Positions 8,352 to 17,382 of a stretch of DNA of 32,000 nucleotides are shown here, in pieces. The position numbers and the translations under genes were made by a program. Under the pieces are notes generated by a model, which did no database searches, was not told the DNA's origin, and saw only the letters and a list, made by a program, of their open reading frames with translations. The number at the start of each line of letters is the position of its first letter. The stretch's first letter is position 1. The stretch comes from Geobacter sulfurreducens PCA (GTDB lineage Bacteria; Desulfobacterota; Desulfuromonadia; Geobacterales; Geobacteraceae), in contig NC_002939.5 of the NCBI RefSeq assembly GCF_000007985.2, positions 2,190,001 to 2,222,000 on the forward strand, written 5' to 3'.

Positions 8352-8366
8352 TGGCACTGTAGTTGC
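8352..8366 (+). promoter_or_regulatory. Sigma54 (RpoN) -24/-12 promoter for the liv-like operon
   Basis: TGGCACtgtagTTGCT matches the consensus TGGCAC-N5-TTGCW. Located in the AT-richer divergent intergenic region, about 147 nt upstream of the livK-like ATG. Confidence 0.6.
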
Positions 8367-8512
8367 TTAAAATAAAACAATATCTCACGTCACGAAAAGC
8401 CGGTCAGAGAGCAGATTTGCCCCAGTTATACCCGAACTGGGCGTTCTGGAAATGTATTTTTGAAGTGTTATTATAAAGTATTGTCAGTCACTACCCACCA
8501 AGGAGGCAGAAC

Positions 8513-9670
8513 ATGATGAAGAAGCTTGTCTCATGCGTCCTGGCAGCCGCATTGGCCATTCCCGGCCTTGCCATGGCAGCCAACGTAAAGATCGGGGTCA
8601 TCAACTCCATGACCGGCCCCGAGGCCCCCATCGGCGAGAACCTGACCAACGGCATCAAGCTTGCCCAGGAGGATTTGAAAAAGAAAGGAATCAACGCCGA
8701 CCTCGTCTGGGAAGACGACACCGGTAAGCCCCAGATTGCCATGAGCGCAATGGAAAAGCTCGCCACCCGCGACGGCGTGGCCGGCGTAGTCGGCCCTTAC
8801 ACCTCCGCCTGCTCCAACGCCGTATCGAAGCTTGCCGAGCGCTACAAAGTGCCCCTGCTCGTGCCCGCTGCCGCCAAGGAAGAAATCACCCGCCAGGGTC
8901 TCAAGTGGGTCTACCGCTTGAATGCCCCGGCCGACCAGTATGCGGCGAGCCTCATCGACGCTGCCACCGGCCTCGGCAAGCCCAAGACCATCGCATTCAT
9001 CTATGAGAACACCGATTTCGGCACCTCCACGGTCAAGACCGCCAAAGAGTACGTGGCCAAGAAAGGCATCCAGGTGGTTGCCGATGAGCCCTACTCAAAG
9101 GGATCTCCCGACTATCGCTCGACCCTGACCAAGGTCAAGGCCAAGAACCCCGATCTGGTCTTCATGGTTTCCTATGTGGCAGATGCCATCCTTCTCATGC
9201 GCCAGTCCCGTGAAATCGGCCTGAAGCCCCAGGCGTTCCTGGGCGGCGGCGCCGGCTTCACCACCGTGCAGTTTGCGAACGAGAAGCAGATTTCCAACTA
9301 CGTCCTTTCCTGCACCCAGTGGACTGATGACGTGAACTGGCCGGGAGCCGCGGACTTCGCCAAGCGTTATAAGGCCAAGTTCGGCAAAGAGCCCACCTAC
9401 CACGCCGCCTGCGCCTACGAAGCCATGATGATCATGGCCCAGACCGCGGCCGCTGCCAACGGTGACCGAGAAAAGACTCGCGCCGGGCTCAAGGCCGGCA
9501 AGTGGAACGGCATCATGGGTGAGGTCAAGTTCGAGGACTACGCCGGATTCACCAACCAGAACAACCACCAGATGCTGGTTCAGCAAATCCTGAACGGCAA
9601 GTACGAGACGGTCTACCCGGCCAAGTTCGCCACCAAGAAGGCCGTGTATCCGTTCCCCGGCTGGAAATAG
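8513..9670 (+). CDS. livK: Branched-chain amino acid ABC transporter, periplasmic substrate-binding protein (LivK/LivJ family)
   Basis: 385 aa. Signal peptide MMKKLVSCVLAAALAIPGLAMA/ANVKIG. PBP type-1 Leu/Ile/Val-binding pattern (IGVINSMTGPEAPIGE...). AAGGAGG SD. First gene of a livHMGF-type operon. Confidence 0.88.
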   Translation: MMKKLVSCVLAAALAIPGLAMAANVKIGVINSMTGPEAPIGENLTNGIKLAQEDLKKKGINADLVWEDDTGKPQIAMSAMEKLATRDGVAGVVGPYTSACSNAVSKLAERYKVPLLVPAAAKEEITRQGLKWVYRLNAPADQYAASLIDAATGLGKPKTIAFIYENTDFGTSTVKTAKEYVAKKGIQVVADEPYSKGSPDYRSTLTKVKAKNPDLVFMVSYVADAILLMRQSREIGLKPQAFLGGGAGFTTVQFANEKQISNYVLSCTQWTDDVNWPGAADFAKRYKAKFGKEPTYHAACAYEAMMIMAQTAAAANGDREKTRAGLKAGKWNGIMGEVKFEDYAGFTNQNNHQMLVQQILNGKYETVYPAKFATKKAVYPFPGWK

Positions 9671-9692
9671 TCTGAAGGACCACTGAGGCAGG

Positions 9693-9748
9693 TCAAGGGT
9701 CAAGGGCCGGAATGGAGGTTTTCCATCGTTCCGTCCCTTGACCCTTGA
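9693..9748 (+). promoter_or_regulatory. Intercistronic 14-bp perfect stem-loop between the binding-protein and permease genes
   Basis: TCAAGGGTCAAGGG (9693-9706) pairs with CCCTTGACCCTTGA (9735-9748); 28-nt loop, no U-tract. This is the typical position for an mRNA-stabilising or attenuating hairpin that raises the binding-protein to permease ratio. Confidence 0.5.
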
Positions 9749-9781
9749 TGCGTGAACCAGATTTTTTACCCGGAGCTATCC

Positions 9782-10648
9782 ATGACCATTTTCCTCCAAT
9801 CGCTCATCAGCGGCATTCTGATCGGCGGCGTCTACGCCCTGATCGGCATAGGACTCACCATCATCTTCGGTGTCATGCGGGTCATCAACTTCGCCCACGG
9901 CGACATCATGATGATCGGCATGTACCTGACCTATAACTTCTTCTCCCTGGCGGGGGTCGATCCGTTCGTCTCCATCGCCCTCACCATCCCGCTCATGTTC
10001 CTCTTCGGAGCCATTCTCCAGAAAACATTCATCAACCGCGTGCTCGGAGCCCTGCCCCAGAACCAAATACTGCTTACCATCGGCCTGGGACTGATTATGA
10101 GCAACACGATGATGTTCATCTATACCTCCGACTACAAGATCCTGACTACATCTTATTCGTCGAGCAGCTTCAATATCGGCACCATCTCCATTTCATGGCC
10201 GCTGGCCATCTCTTTCCTGATCACCGCGGCGATAACGCTGCTCCTGTACTGGTTCCTGATGAAGACCGACACGGGTCAGGCGATCCGGGCAACGGCCCAG
10301 GACCGGGAAGCGGCCCAGCTCATGGGGATCAACGTGAAGCGGATGTCAATCCTGGCCTTCGGCATGGGTGCGGCCCTGGCCGGCACGGCTGGTGCGCTCA
10401 TCTCCCCTACCTACTACATCTTCCCCCAGATCGGGAGCACCTTCACCCTCAAGGCATTCGTCATCACGGTTCTCGGGGGAATGGGGAGCATCGTGGGGGC
10501 CACCATCGGCGGCGTCATCATCGGGGTGGCGGAGTCCCTCGGGGCCGTCTACATCTCCTCCGGCTGGAAGGACGTGGTCGTGTTCGTCCTCTTCCTCCTG
10601 GTGCTTCTCTTCAAGCCGGCGGGTCTGCTCGGCAAATCCAAAATGTAG
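9782..10648 (+). CDS. livH: Branched-chain amino acid ABC transporter permease LivH
   Basis: MTIFLQSLISGILIGGVYALIGIGLTIIFGVMRVINFAHGD is the canonical LivH N-terminus. Start trimmed from 9752 to ATG 9782, preceded by GGAG. Confidence 0.88.
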   Translation: MTIFLQSLISGILIGGVYALIGIGLTIIFGVMRVINFAHGDIMMIGMYLTYNFFSLAGVDPFVSIALTIPLMFLFGAILQKTFINRVLGALPQNQILLTIGLGLIMSNTMMFIYTSDYKILTTSYSSSSFNIGTISISWPLAISFLITAAITLLLYWFLMKTDTGQAIRATAQDREAAQLMGINVKRMSILAFGMGAALAGTAGALISPTYYIFPQIGSTFTLKAFVITVLGGMGSIVGATIGGVIIGVAESLGAVYISSGWKDVVVFVLFLLVLLFKPAGLLGKSKM

Positions 10649-10663
10649 CGGGGTCCGACTGAC

Positions 10664-11737
10664 ATGAGACAGATCAATGCTCTGATAACCAATACGCGGG
10701 GGGCCTCGCCGGTGTCGATCATCCTCGGGGTGGTCATCCTCGCGGGCCTATTCCTCTTTCCCAAAGCAGTGGAGAGCCCCTACGCCCTTCACATCATGAT
10801 CCTCTTCTTCCTCAGCACCATCATGGGGGAGAGCTGGAACATCGTCGGCGGCTACACGGGACAGTACTCAGTGGGCCATGCCGCCTATTTCGGGGCCGGC
10901 GCCTACACCACCATGGTTCTGATGCAGTTCAAGCAGATCCCCCCTTGGTACGGGATGATTGCCGGCATCGCAGTGGCGCTGGTGGTTTCCCTCATCATCG
11001 GCAGCATCTGCTTCCGACTCCGGGGACCCTATTTTGTTCTCGCGTCCATTGCCGTGGCCGAGATTATGCGCCTCTGCGCCATGAATCTGAAGGACCTGAC
11101 CAACGGTGCCGAAGGTATCCTGGCCACAGACATCCCCCCTTTCACCCTGGGTGGGACGGTAATCACCGACTTTCTCTCCAAGGTCCCCTTCTACTACATC
11201 GGCCTGGTGATCGCCATCCTGACCATCGCAGTCACCTATCTGGTGCAGCACTCCAAACTCGGCTACTACTTCCAGGCCATCCGCGAAGACCAGGATGCGG
11301 CCCATTCTCTCGGGATCAACCTCTCTATCTACAAGAACATCGCCCTGGCCATCTCGGCGGTCTTCACGTCGCTGGCAGGCAGCTTCTACGCCATCTACAT
11401 CGGCTTTATCGACCCCCCTACAGTGCTCGCCCTGGACATCTCGGTTCAGATCGTTCTTATCTGCATCATCGGCGGCATCGGCACCATCTGGGGACCGGTG
11501 GTGGGGTCACTGGTGCTGGTACCTCTCTCCGAAGCCCTGCGCAGCAACCTGATCGCCCAGGGAATATTCAAGATCGGCCTGGCCAGCGAGGAGTCCGGAG
11601 TCGGGATCTTCCTCAAGGACCACCTGGCCCACGCCCACGCCCTGATCTACGGTATCCTGGTCGTAGTGGTCATCCTCTTCATGCCCGACGGCGTCCTGGG
11701 CTACGTCAAGAAACTCACCAAGAAAAAGGCGATGTGA
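10664..11737 (+). CDS. livM: Branched-chain amino acid ABC transporter permease LivM
   Basis: 357 aa polytopic protein with NIVGGYTGQYSVGHAAYFGAGAY, typical of LivM. Follows livH. Confidence 0.88.
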   Translation: MRQINALITNTRGASPVSIILGVVILAGLFLFPKAVESPYALHIMILFFLSTIMGESWNIVGGYTGQYSVGHAAYFGAGAYTTMVLMQFKQIPPWYGMIAGIAVALVVSLIIGSICFRLRGPYFVLASIAVAEIMRLCAMNLKDLTNGAEGILATDIPPFTLGGTVITDFLSKVPFYYIGLVIAILTIAVTYLVQHSKLGYYFQAIREDQDAAHSLGINLSIYKNIALAISAVFTSLAGSFYAIYIGFIDPPTVLALDISVQIVLICIIGGIGTIWGPVVGSLVLVPLSEALRSNLIAQGIFKIGLASEESGVGIFLKDHLAHAHALIYGILVVVVILFMPDGVLGYVKKLTKKKAM

Positions 11738-11747
11738 GGTCAATCCC

Positions 11748-12467
<720 letters not shown>

Positions 12468-12494
12468 TTTCACTGTTCTGACAAAGGATATGCC

Positions 12495-13199
12495 ATGCTC
12501 AAGATAGAAAAACTCAATTTCAGCTACGGAGACCTCAAGGTCCTCTGGGATATCGACCTGGAGGTCAAGCAGGGTGAAATCGTCACCGTTGTCGGCTCCA
12601 ACGGCGCCGGCAAGTCCACCACACTCAAGAACATTTCGCGGCTCGTGAAACCCGACTCGGGCACCCTCACCTTCAACGGCACAGATCTCACCAAACTGGA
12701 ATCCCACGAGGTGGTGGCTCAGGGAATCGTCCAGGTACCCGAGGGGCGGAAGATCTTCCCGGAAATGACAGTTCTCGAAAACCTGCGGATGGGCTCCTAT
12801 CTCAAGAGTACCCGCGGCGACCGGGAGGCCAACGTGGACCGGGTCTTCGGCCTCTTCCCCCGGCTCAAGGAGCGGGCAAAACAGCTGGGCGGCACCATGA
12901 GCGGCGGCGAGCAACAGATGCTCGCCATTGCACGGGGGCTAATGACGAACCCCAAGCTTCTGCTGCTGGACGAGCCGTCCCTCGGTCTCGCGCCGCTCCT
13001 GGTCAAGTTCATCTTCGAGATCATCACCGAGATCAACAAACAGGGGGTCACCATCCTCCTCGTGGAGCAGAACGTCTTCCAGTCGCTCAGAATCGCCCAC
13101 AGGGCCTATGTTCTGGAGACCGGCAGGGTTGTCCTCTCCGGCACCGGTGAGGCTCTCCTGAACGACGAACATGTGAAGAAAGCATTCCTGGGAATGTAG
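12495..13199 (+). CDS. livF: Branched-chain amino acid ABC transporter ATP-binding protein LivF
   Basis: Walker A GSNGAGKST, signature MSGGEQQMLAIARGL, Walker B LLLLDEPSLGLAP, and a LivF-type C-terminus (DEHVKKAFLG). Confidence 0.9.
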   Translation: MLKIEKLNFSYGDLKVLWDIDLEVKQGEIVTVVGSNGAGKSTTLKNISRLVKPDSGTLTFNGTDLTKLESHEVVAQGIVQVPEGRKIFPEMTVLENLRMGSYLKSTRGDREANVDRVFGLFPRLKERAKQLGGTMSGGEQQMLAIARGLMTNPKLLLLDEPSLGLAPLLVKFIFEIITEINKQGVTILLVEQNVFQSLRIAHRAYVLETGRVVLSGTGEALLNDEHVKKAFLGM

Positions 13200-13223
13200 A
13201 GGCAACCATAGGAGGATACTGAC

Positions 13224-13658
13224 ATGACTAAAGTAGGAACCTGGATGACGAAGAATCCCGTCACCATCGAAAAGGACGCCACAGTCATTGAGGCGGTCCA
13301 TCTGATGAAGGAAAAGAGCATCCGCCGGTTGCCGGTAATGGACAAGGAAACGATCGTGGGAATCCTCACCGAGAAGATGGTGGCCGATTTCAGACCGTCC
13401 AAGGCCACGTCGCTGGATACCTGGGAGGTCCACTACATTCTTTCCAAAACCTCGGTCACCGAGGCCATGAATCCGAAACCCTACAAGGTAAAACCCGACA
13501 CCGATCTGACCGAGGCGGCCCAACTTCTCCACGATCGCAAACTCAATGGCGTCCTGGTGGTGGACGACAACGACCGGCTGGTCGGAATCCTCACCGTCAC
13601 CAACGCTCTTGAGGCACTGATCGAGATCTGCAAGGACCCGGATGCCTGCAAGAAATAA
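13224..13658 (+). CDS. Stand-alone CBS-pair domain protein
   Basis: 144 aa with two CBS repeats (MTKNPVTIEKDATVIEAVHLMKEKSIRRLPVMDKETIVGILTE and MNPKPYKVKPDTDLTEAAQLLHDRKLNGVLVVDDNDRLVGILT). AGGAGG SD. Starts 24 nt after livF, so it is apparently the last gene of the operon. Confidence 0.85.
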   Translation: MTKVGTWMTKNPVTIEKDATVIEAVHLMKEKSIRRLPVMDKETIVGILTEKMVADFRPSKATSLDTWEVHYILSKTSVTEAMNPKPYKVKPDTDLTEAAQLLHDRKLNGVLVVDDNDRLVGILTVTNALEALIEICKDPDACKK

Positions 13659-13711
13659 GTCGGCACCCTGGGCTCACGGCCCGGACTGGCCAGACAACTC
13701 ACAAACCGCTT

Positions 13712-13759
13712 GAAAAGGAAAAAGGGGACACGTCAGTGACGGCCCCCTTTTTCCTTTTC
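13712..13759. terminator. Bidirectional intrinsic terminator between the convergent CBS and nifS genes
   Basis: GAAAAGGAAAAAGGGG (13712-13727) is the perfect complement of CCCCTTTTTCCTTTTC (13744-13759). A GC core is flanked by A and T tracts, so either strand gives a hairpin plus a U-run. Confidence 0.7.
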
Positions 13760-13778
13760 TTCTGTAATGTCGGTCGGT

Positions 13779-14954
13779 TCAGGCGTTGAGAAACTCCCGA
13801 CCAAAGGGCGACATTTCCCGCAACCGACGGATGATGGGCGGCAACTCGCGGATTATGGTGTCGATCTCTTCGTCCGTGGTGTAACGAGACAACGAGAATC
13901 GGATGGAACCGTGGGCACAGGTAAACGGAACCCCCATGGCCCGCAGCACGTGGGACGGCTCAAGGGAGCCGGAGGTGCAGGCGCTCCCCGACGATGCACA
14001 AATCCCCTTCTCGGACATCAGCATAAGGATCGCCTCCCCTTCCACAAACTCGAAGGCAATGGAGAGGGTATTGGGGAGGCGCTCAGCTTCGCCCCCGTTG
14101 ATCCTGGCCCGGGGGATCAGTTCGAGCAGCGCTGCCTCGAGCCGGTCGCGCAGGGCCTTGACCCGCGTATTTTCGTCTTCCATCCAGTGTCCTGCCAGTT
14201 CGCATGCCTTGCCGAGCGCGATGATGCCTGCGGTATTTTCGGTGCCGGCCCGGCGACTGTGCTCCTGGTGCCCGCCGACCATGAACGGCCTGAACGGTAC
14301 CCCTTTGCGCAGGTAAAGAACCCCCGTACCCTTAGGAGCATGGAGCTTGTGTCCCGAAATGGAAAGCATGTCGATGGACGACGTGGCCATGTTGATGGGT
14401 ATTTTCCCCACGGCCTGAACCGCGTCGGTATGGAACAGCGCCCCCTTTCCTTTCTCCTTGACGATCCGGCTGATCTCCTCAACCGGGAAGATCACGCCTG
14501 TTTCGTTGTTGGCCCACATAACTGATACCACGACGGTATCCTCGTCAATCGCGCTCCGCAGTTCATTCAGGTCAAGCCGGCCTTCCCCGTCAACACCCAG
14601 TTCGGTGACCCGGTACCCCCGCTTTGACAGGTTGCGGCAGAGGGTAAGGACTGCCGGATGCTCCACACGGGTGGTAATGATGTGGCGGCGCTCCGGGAAA
14701 ACTTCAAGGGCCGAACGGATGGCCGCGTTGTCGCTCTCGGTACCACAGGCGGTGAAGATGATCTCTTCGGGCAGGGCGCCCAGGAGCGCTGCGACCCGAT
14801 TCCGGGCCTCGTCCACCTTCCTCTGGACCTGACCGCCGAAATAGTGCATGGAGCTGGGGTTGCCGTAGAGGTCACAGAAATAGGGACGCATCTCCTCGAA
14901 AACAGCCTCGTCCACCTTGGTGGTGGCGTTGTTGTCCAGGTAGATCTCCTTCAT
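13779..14954 (-). CDS. nifS: Cysteine desulfurase NifS (class I, PLP-dependent)
   Basis: MKEIYLDNNATTKVD, the PLP-lysine region SISGHKLHAPKGTG, and the active-site loop SSGSACTSG. Start trimmed to ATG 14954, which overlaps the nifU stop (ATGA). Confidence 0.9.
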   Translation of the reverse strand: MKEIYLDNNATTKVDEAVFEEMRPYFCDLYGNPSSMHYFGGQVQRKVDEARNRVAALLGALPEEIIFTACGTESDNAAIRSALEVFPERRHIITTRVEHPAVLTLCRNLSKRGYRVTELGVDGEGRLDLNELRSAIDEDTVVVSVMWANNETGVIFPVEEISRIVKEKGKGALFHTDAVQAVGKIPINMATSSIDMLSISGHKLHAPKGTGVLYLRKGVPFRPFMVGGHQEHSRRAGTENTAGIIALGKACELAGHWMEDENTRVKALRDRLEAALLELIPRARINGGEAERLPNTLSIAFEFVEGEAILMLMSEKGICASSGSACTSGSLEPSHVLRAMGVPFTCAHGSIRFSLSRYTTDEEIDTIIRELPPIIRRLREMSPFGREFLNA

Positions 14955-15808
14955 CCCTCCACCTCCGTGACAGTGATATCCTCGGCCACAAGCTCGCGCA
15001 GCTTCATCTCGACGAACTTGGCGGTATTGCCCGAAGCGGCGCACCCGGCACACGCTTTGCGGAATGCAATCTGCACTTCGCTGCCGCTAATATCTATCAA
15101 CTCAAGATCTCCGCCATCGGCCCAGAGCTGAGGGCGAATCTCCTTCTCCAGGGTCTCCTGGATAAGCTGCATCTTGCGAAGGTTGGTCAGCTTCTCGGGC
15201 CGCTTGTGTTCTTCCGCTGGTTTGGCGCCCAGAACCTCATTGATGATCTCCTTGATTTTAGGGATACATCCGCCGCATGCTCCGCCGGCCTTGGTGAAAT
15301 GGGTCACCTGCTCGGCAGTGGTCAGCTTGTTCGTCTCGATCACCTTGCGCAGGAAGACATCGGTCAGACCGAAGCACTTGCAGACAATCTCACCCTCGGC
15401 CTCCTCGTGACCGTGGTCATGGTGAGTCGGAACCGGACCGCCGCGGAACTTGGCAATTGCCACCTCGAGGGCCTCTTGCCCCATGACCGAACAGTGCATC
15501 TTCTCCTCGGGAAGCCCTCCCAGAAACTCGGCGATCTCCTGATTGGTGGTTGCCAGGGCCTCGTCGAGGGTCTTTCCTTTTATGATCTCGGTCAGGGCCG
15601 ACGACGATGCAATGGCGCTGGCGCAACCGAAGGTCTGGAATTTGGCATCGACGATCTTCTCCTTGGCCTCGTCAAGTTTGATATAGAGCTTGAGCGCATC
15701 GCCACAGGCAAGGCTTCCCACCTCGCCCACCGCATCCGCATCGGGTATCTCTCCAACGTTTCTGGGATTCAGGAAGTGCTCCCGAACCTTCTCAGTGTAA
15801 TCCCACAT
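14951..15808 (-). CDS. nifU: Fe-S cluster assembly scaffold NifU (three-domain form)
   Basis: 285 aa. IscU-like N-terminus (NPRNVGE...GSLACGDALKLY...FGCASAIASSS), a central Cys-rich [2Fe-2S]-type segment (CKCF...GGACGGC) and a C-terminal NifU domain (CAGCAAS). GAGGAGG SD. Confidence 0.9.
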   Translation of the reverse strand: MWDYTEKVREHFLNPRNVGEIPDADAVGEVGSLACGDALKLYIKLDEAKEKIVDAKFQTFGCASAIASSSALTEIIKGKTLDEALATTNQEIAEFLGGLPEEKMHCSVMGQEALEVAIAKFRGGPVPTHHDHGHEEAEGEIVCKCFGLTDVFLRKVIETNKLTTAEQVTHFTKAGGACGGCIPKIKEIINEVLGAKPAEEHKRPEKLTNLRKMQLIQETLEKEIRPQLWADGGDLELIDISGSEVQIAFRKACAGCAASGNTAKFVEMKLRELVAEDITVTEVEG

Positions 15809-15842
15809 GGATTCCTCCTCGGATTGTAGTCATCGCTTCATA

Positions 15843-15871
15843 ATACTATAGCAAAATTGTCAGGTATTCAA
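15843..15871 (-). promoter_or_regulatory. Candidate sigma70 promoter TTGAAT-17-TAGTAT for nifUS, with an overlapping IscR/Rrf2-like operator
   Basis: Minus strand -35 at 15871-15866 and -10 at 15848-15843. The 25-mer ATACCTGACAATTTTGCTATAGTAT (15867-15843) matches one half and both ATA/TAT ends of the E. coli type-1 IscR consensus ATASYYGACTRWWWYAGTCRRSTAT. Confidence 0.35.
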
Positions 15872-15890
15872 TACTCCGTTTTCACCCGGC

Positions 15891-15930
15891 AAAGAAAAAG
15901 GCGCCCCGCCGCCTTGGGCGGATGGGCGCC
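15891..15930 (-). terminator. Intrinsic terminator of the phosphoglucomutase gene
   Basis: Minus-strand RNA GGCGCCC-AUC-CGCC-CAAGGC-GGCG-GGGCGCC followed by UUUUUCUUU. Begins 33 nt after the stop codon. Confidence 0.65.
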
Positions 15931-15963
15931 GTTGCACCGTCCGTCTGTCTGTTCGTCTGCTGA

Positions 15964-17382
15964 TTAGCCGAGGATGAACTGTTTCCCGGCAGCCATGACC
16001 GCCGCGAGCTTCTCCTCGCTGGACGCCTCGGCGTACAGGCGAACCACCGGCTCGGTCCCTGATTTGCGGAACAGCAGCCAACTGTCGTCCTCAAGGATGA
16101 ACTTGCTGCCGTCCACGGTAACCTTTTGCGTCACCTTCAGGCCGGCAAAGGAATCGGGCGCCTGGCGCTGCTTTTCGGCGTAGCCCTCTTCCACGGCGGG
16201 AGAAAGGGTAATGTTCTCCCGTTTTGTCACAAAGGTGCCGACCTCCTCATAGAGCCTTGCCAGCAGAGCCTTCACGGACAGCCCTTCCCTGGCAACCATT
16301 TCGGCAACCAGGAAACAGGCGAGAATACCATCCTTCTCAGGCACGTGTCCCTTAATGGAAAGGCCGGCGCTCTCCTCTCCGCCGATAATGATCCGGTCCT
16401 GGCTGATCAGTTCGCCGATATACTTGAAGCCCACCGGCGTCTCGATAACTTCGATGCCGTGCTTCTTAGCCACCGCATCCACAAGGTGGGACGTTGCCAC
16501 GCTGCGGGCCACCGCGCCGGTCATTTTCCTGACCCGGACCAAATAGTCGAACAGCAGAGCAATGATGTAATTCGGCTCAATGAAGGTACCGTCGCCGTCC
16601 ACAATACCGAAGCGGTCGGCGTCGCCGTCGGTGGCGATCCCCAGCCTTATGGCCGGGTCATCTTTCACGAGCCGGATGAAATCCTGGATGTACTTCTCGG
16701 ACGGTTCGGGCGGAAAACCTCCGAAGTAGGGATCGCGATGCATGTTGATCGCCTTCACGTCCAGTCCCCGAGTTATGAGGGGCTCTTCCAGATACCCCCG
16801 GCCGGTCCCGTAGAGAGCGTTCACGGCAACGGAACCGACACGACCGATGGCGTCGAAGTCGACCTTTGACTCCAGGGCCTTCAGGTACTCCTCCCGGGGG
16901 TCGATCTCTTCCAGCAGCCCCGCCTTCACCGCCTCGTCAAGGGCCATCTCCCGGTAGCAGACCTCGCCCATCATTTCGTTGGCCCGGCGCTCAATGTCGC
17001 CGGTCGTCTCGGGCAGCGCCGGTCCGCCCCAAGACGGAGAAAACTTGATGCCGTTGTATTCGGGCGGGTTATGGCTTGCGGTAAAGTTGACTGCTCCAGC
17101 AGTACCGCGGCGCAGAATCTCGAAGGAAATTACCGGGGTAGGCGTGTCGCGCCGGCAGAAATAGGCCTTGACGCCGGCACCGGCCAGCACGCGGACCGTT
17201 TCCTTGGCGAAACGCTCTCCCATGAATCGGGTGTCATAGGCGACGATGATCCCCTTGTCCTGTTCGCCTATTGCTTTCACATGGTCGGCAATGGCCTGAC
17301 TCACCACCTTTACGTTCTCGAAGGTGAAATCTTCGCAGAGAATGCCACGCCAACCGGAAGTGCCGAAGGTAATGCGATGCAT
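15964..17382 (-). CDS. Phosphoglucomutase/phosphomannomutase family protein (alpha-D-phosphohexomutase)
   Basis: 472 aa. Catalytic-serine loop FTASHNPPEYNGIKF, metal loop ATDGDADRFG, sugar loop GGEESAG, and the phosphate-binding C-terminal region RKSGTEPVVRLY. GGAGG SD. Confidence 0.85.
   Translation of the reverse strand: MHRITFGTSGWRGILCEDFTFENVKVVSQAIADHVKAIGEQDKGIIVAYDTRFMGERFAKETVRVLAGAGVKAYFCRRDTPTPVISFEILRRGTAGAVNFTASHNPPEYNGIKFSPSWGGPALPETTGDIERRANEMMGEVCYREMALDEAVKAGLLEEIDPREEYLKALESKVDFDAIGRVGSVAVNALYGTGRGYLEEPLITRGLDVKAINMHRDPYFGGFPPEPSEKYIQDFIRLVKDDPAIRLGIATDGDADRFGIVDGDGTFIEPNYIIALLFDYLVRVRKMTGAVARSVATSHLVDAVAKKHGIEVIETPVGFKYIGELISQDRIIIGGEESAGLSIKGHVPEKDGILACFLVAEMVAREGLSVKALLARLYEEVGTFVTKRENITLSPAVEEGYAEKQRQAPDSFAGLKVTQKVTVDGSKFILEDDSWLLFRKSGTEPVVRLYAEASSEEKLAAVMAAGKQFILG

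Noticed and set aside
8193-8375. 60-aa ORF in the ubiD/liv intergenic region (MPSAQVNGDSNNWPILATGRWPISATN...)
   Set aside because: There is no SD. Its apparent internal repeat (NWPILAT/RWPISAT) is just the translation of the 18-bp tandem DNA repeat. It runs through the sigma54 -24/-12 element. A regulatory DNA interpretation is more economical.
13779-15053. N-terminal extensions of many ORF-track entries: nifS to 15053, miaA to 2737, flavoprotein to 5690, aroK to 28904, aroQ to 25678, accB to 24081, accC to 23550, Nudix from 17772, livH from 9752, aroC to 29907, Roadblock to 26036
   Set aside because: The extensions overlap upstream genes, are Arg/Pro/Gly-rich and lack an SD. In each case an internal ATG with a good SD coincides with the conserved family N-terminus.
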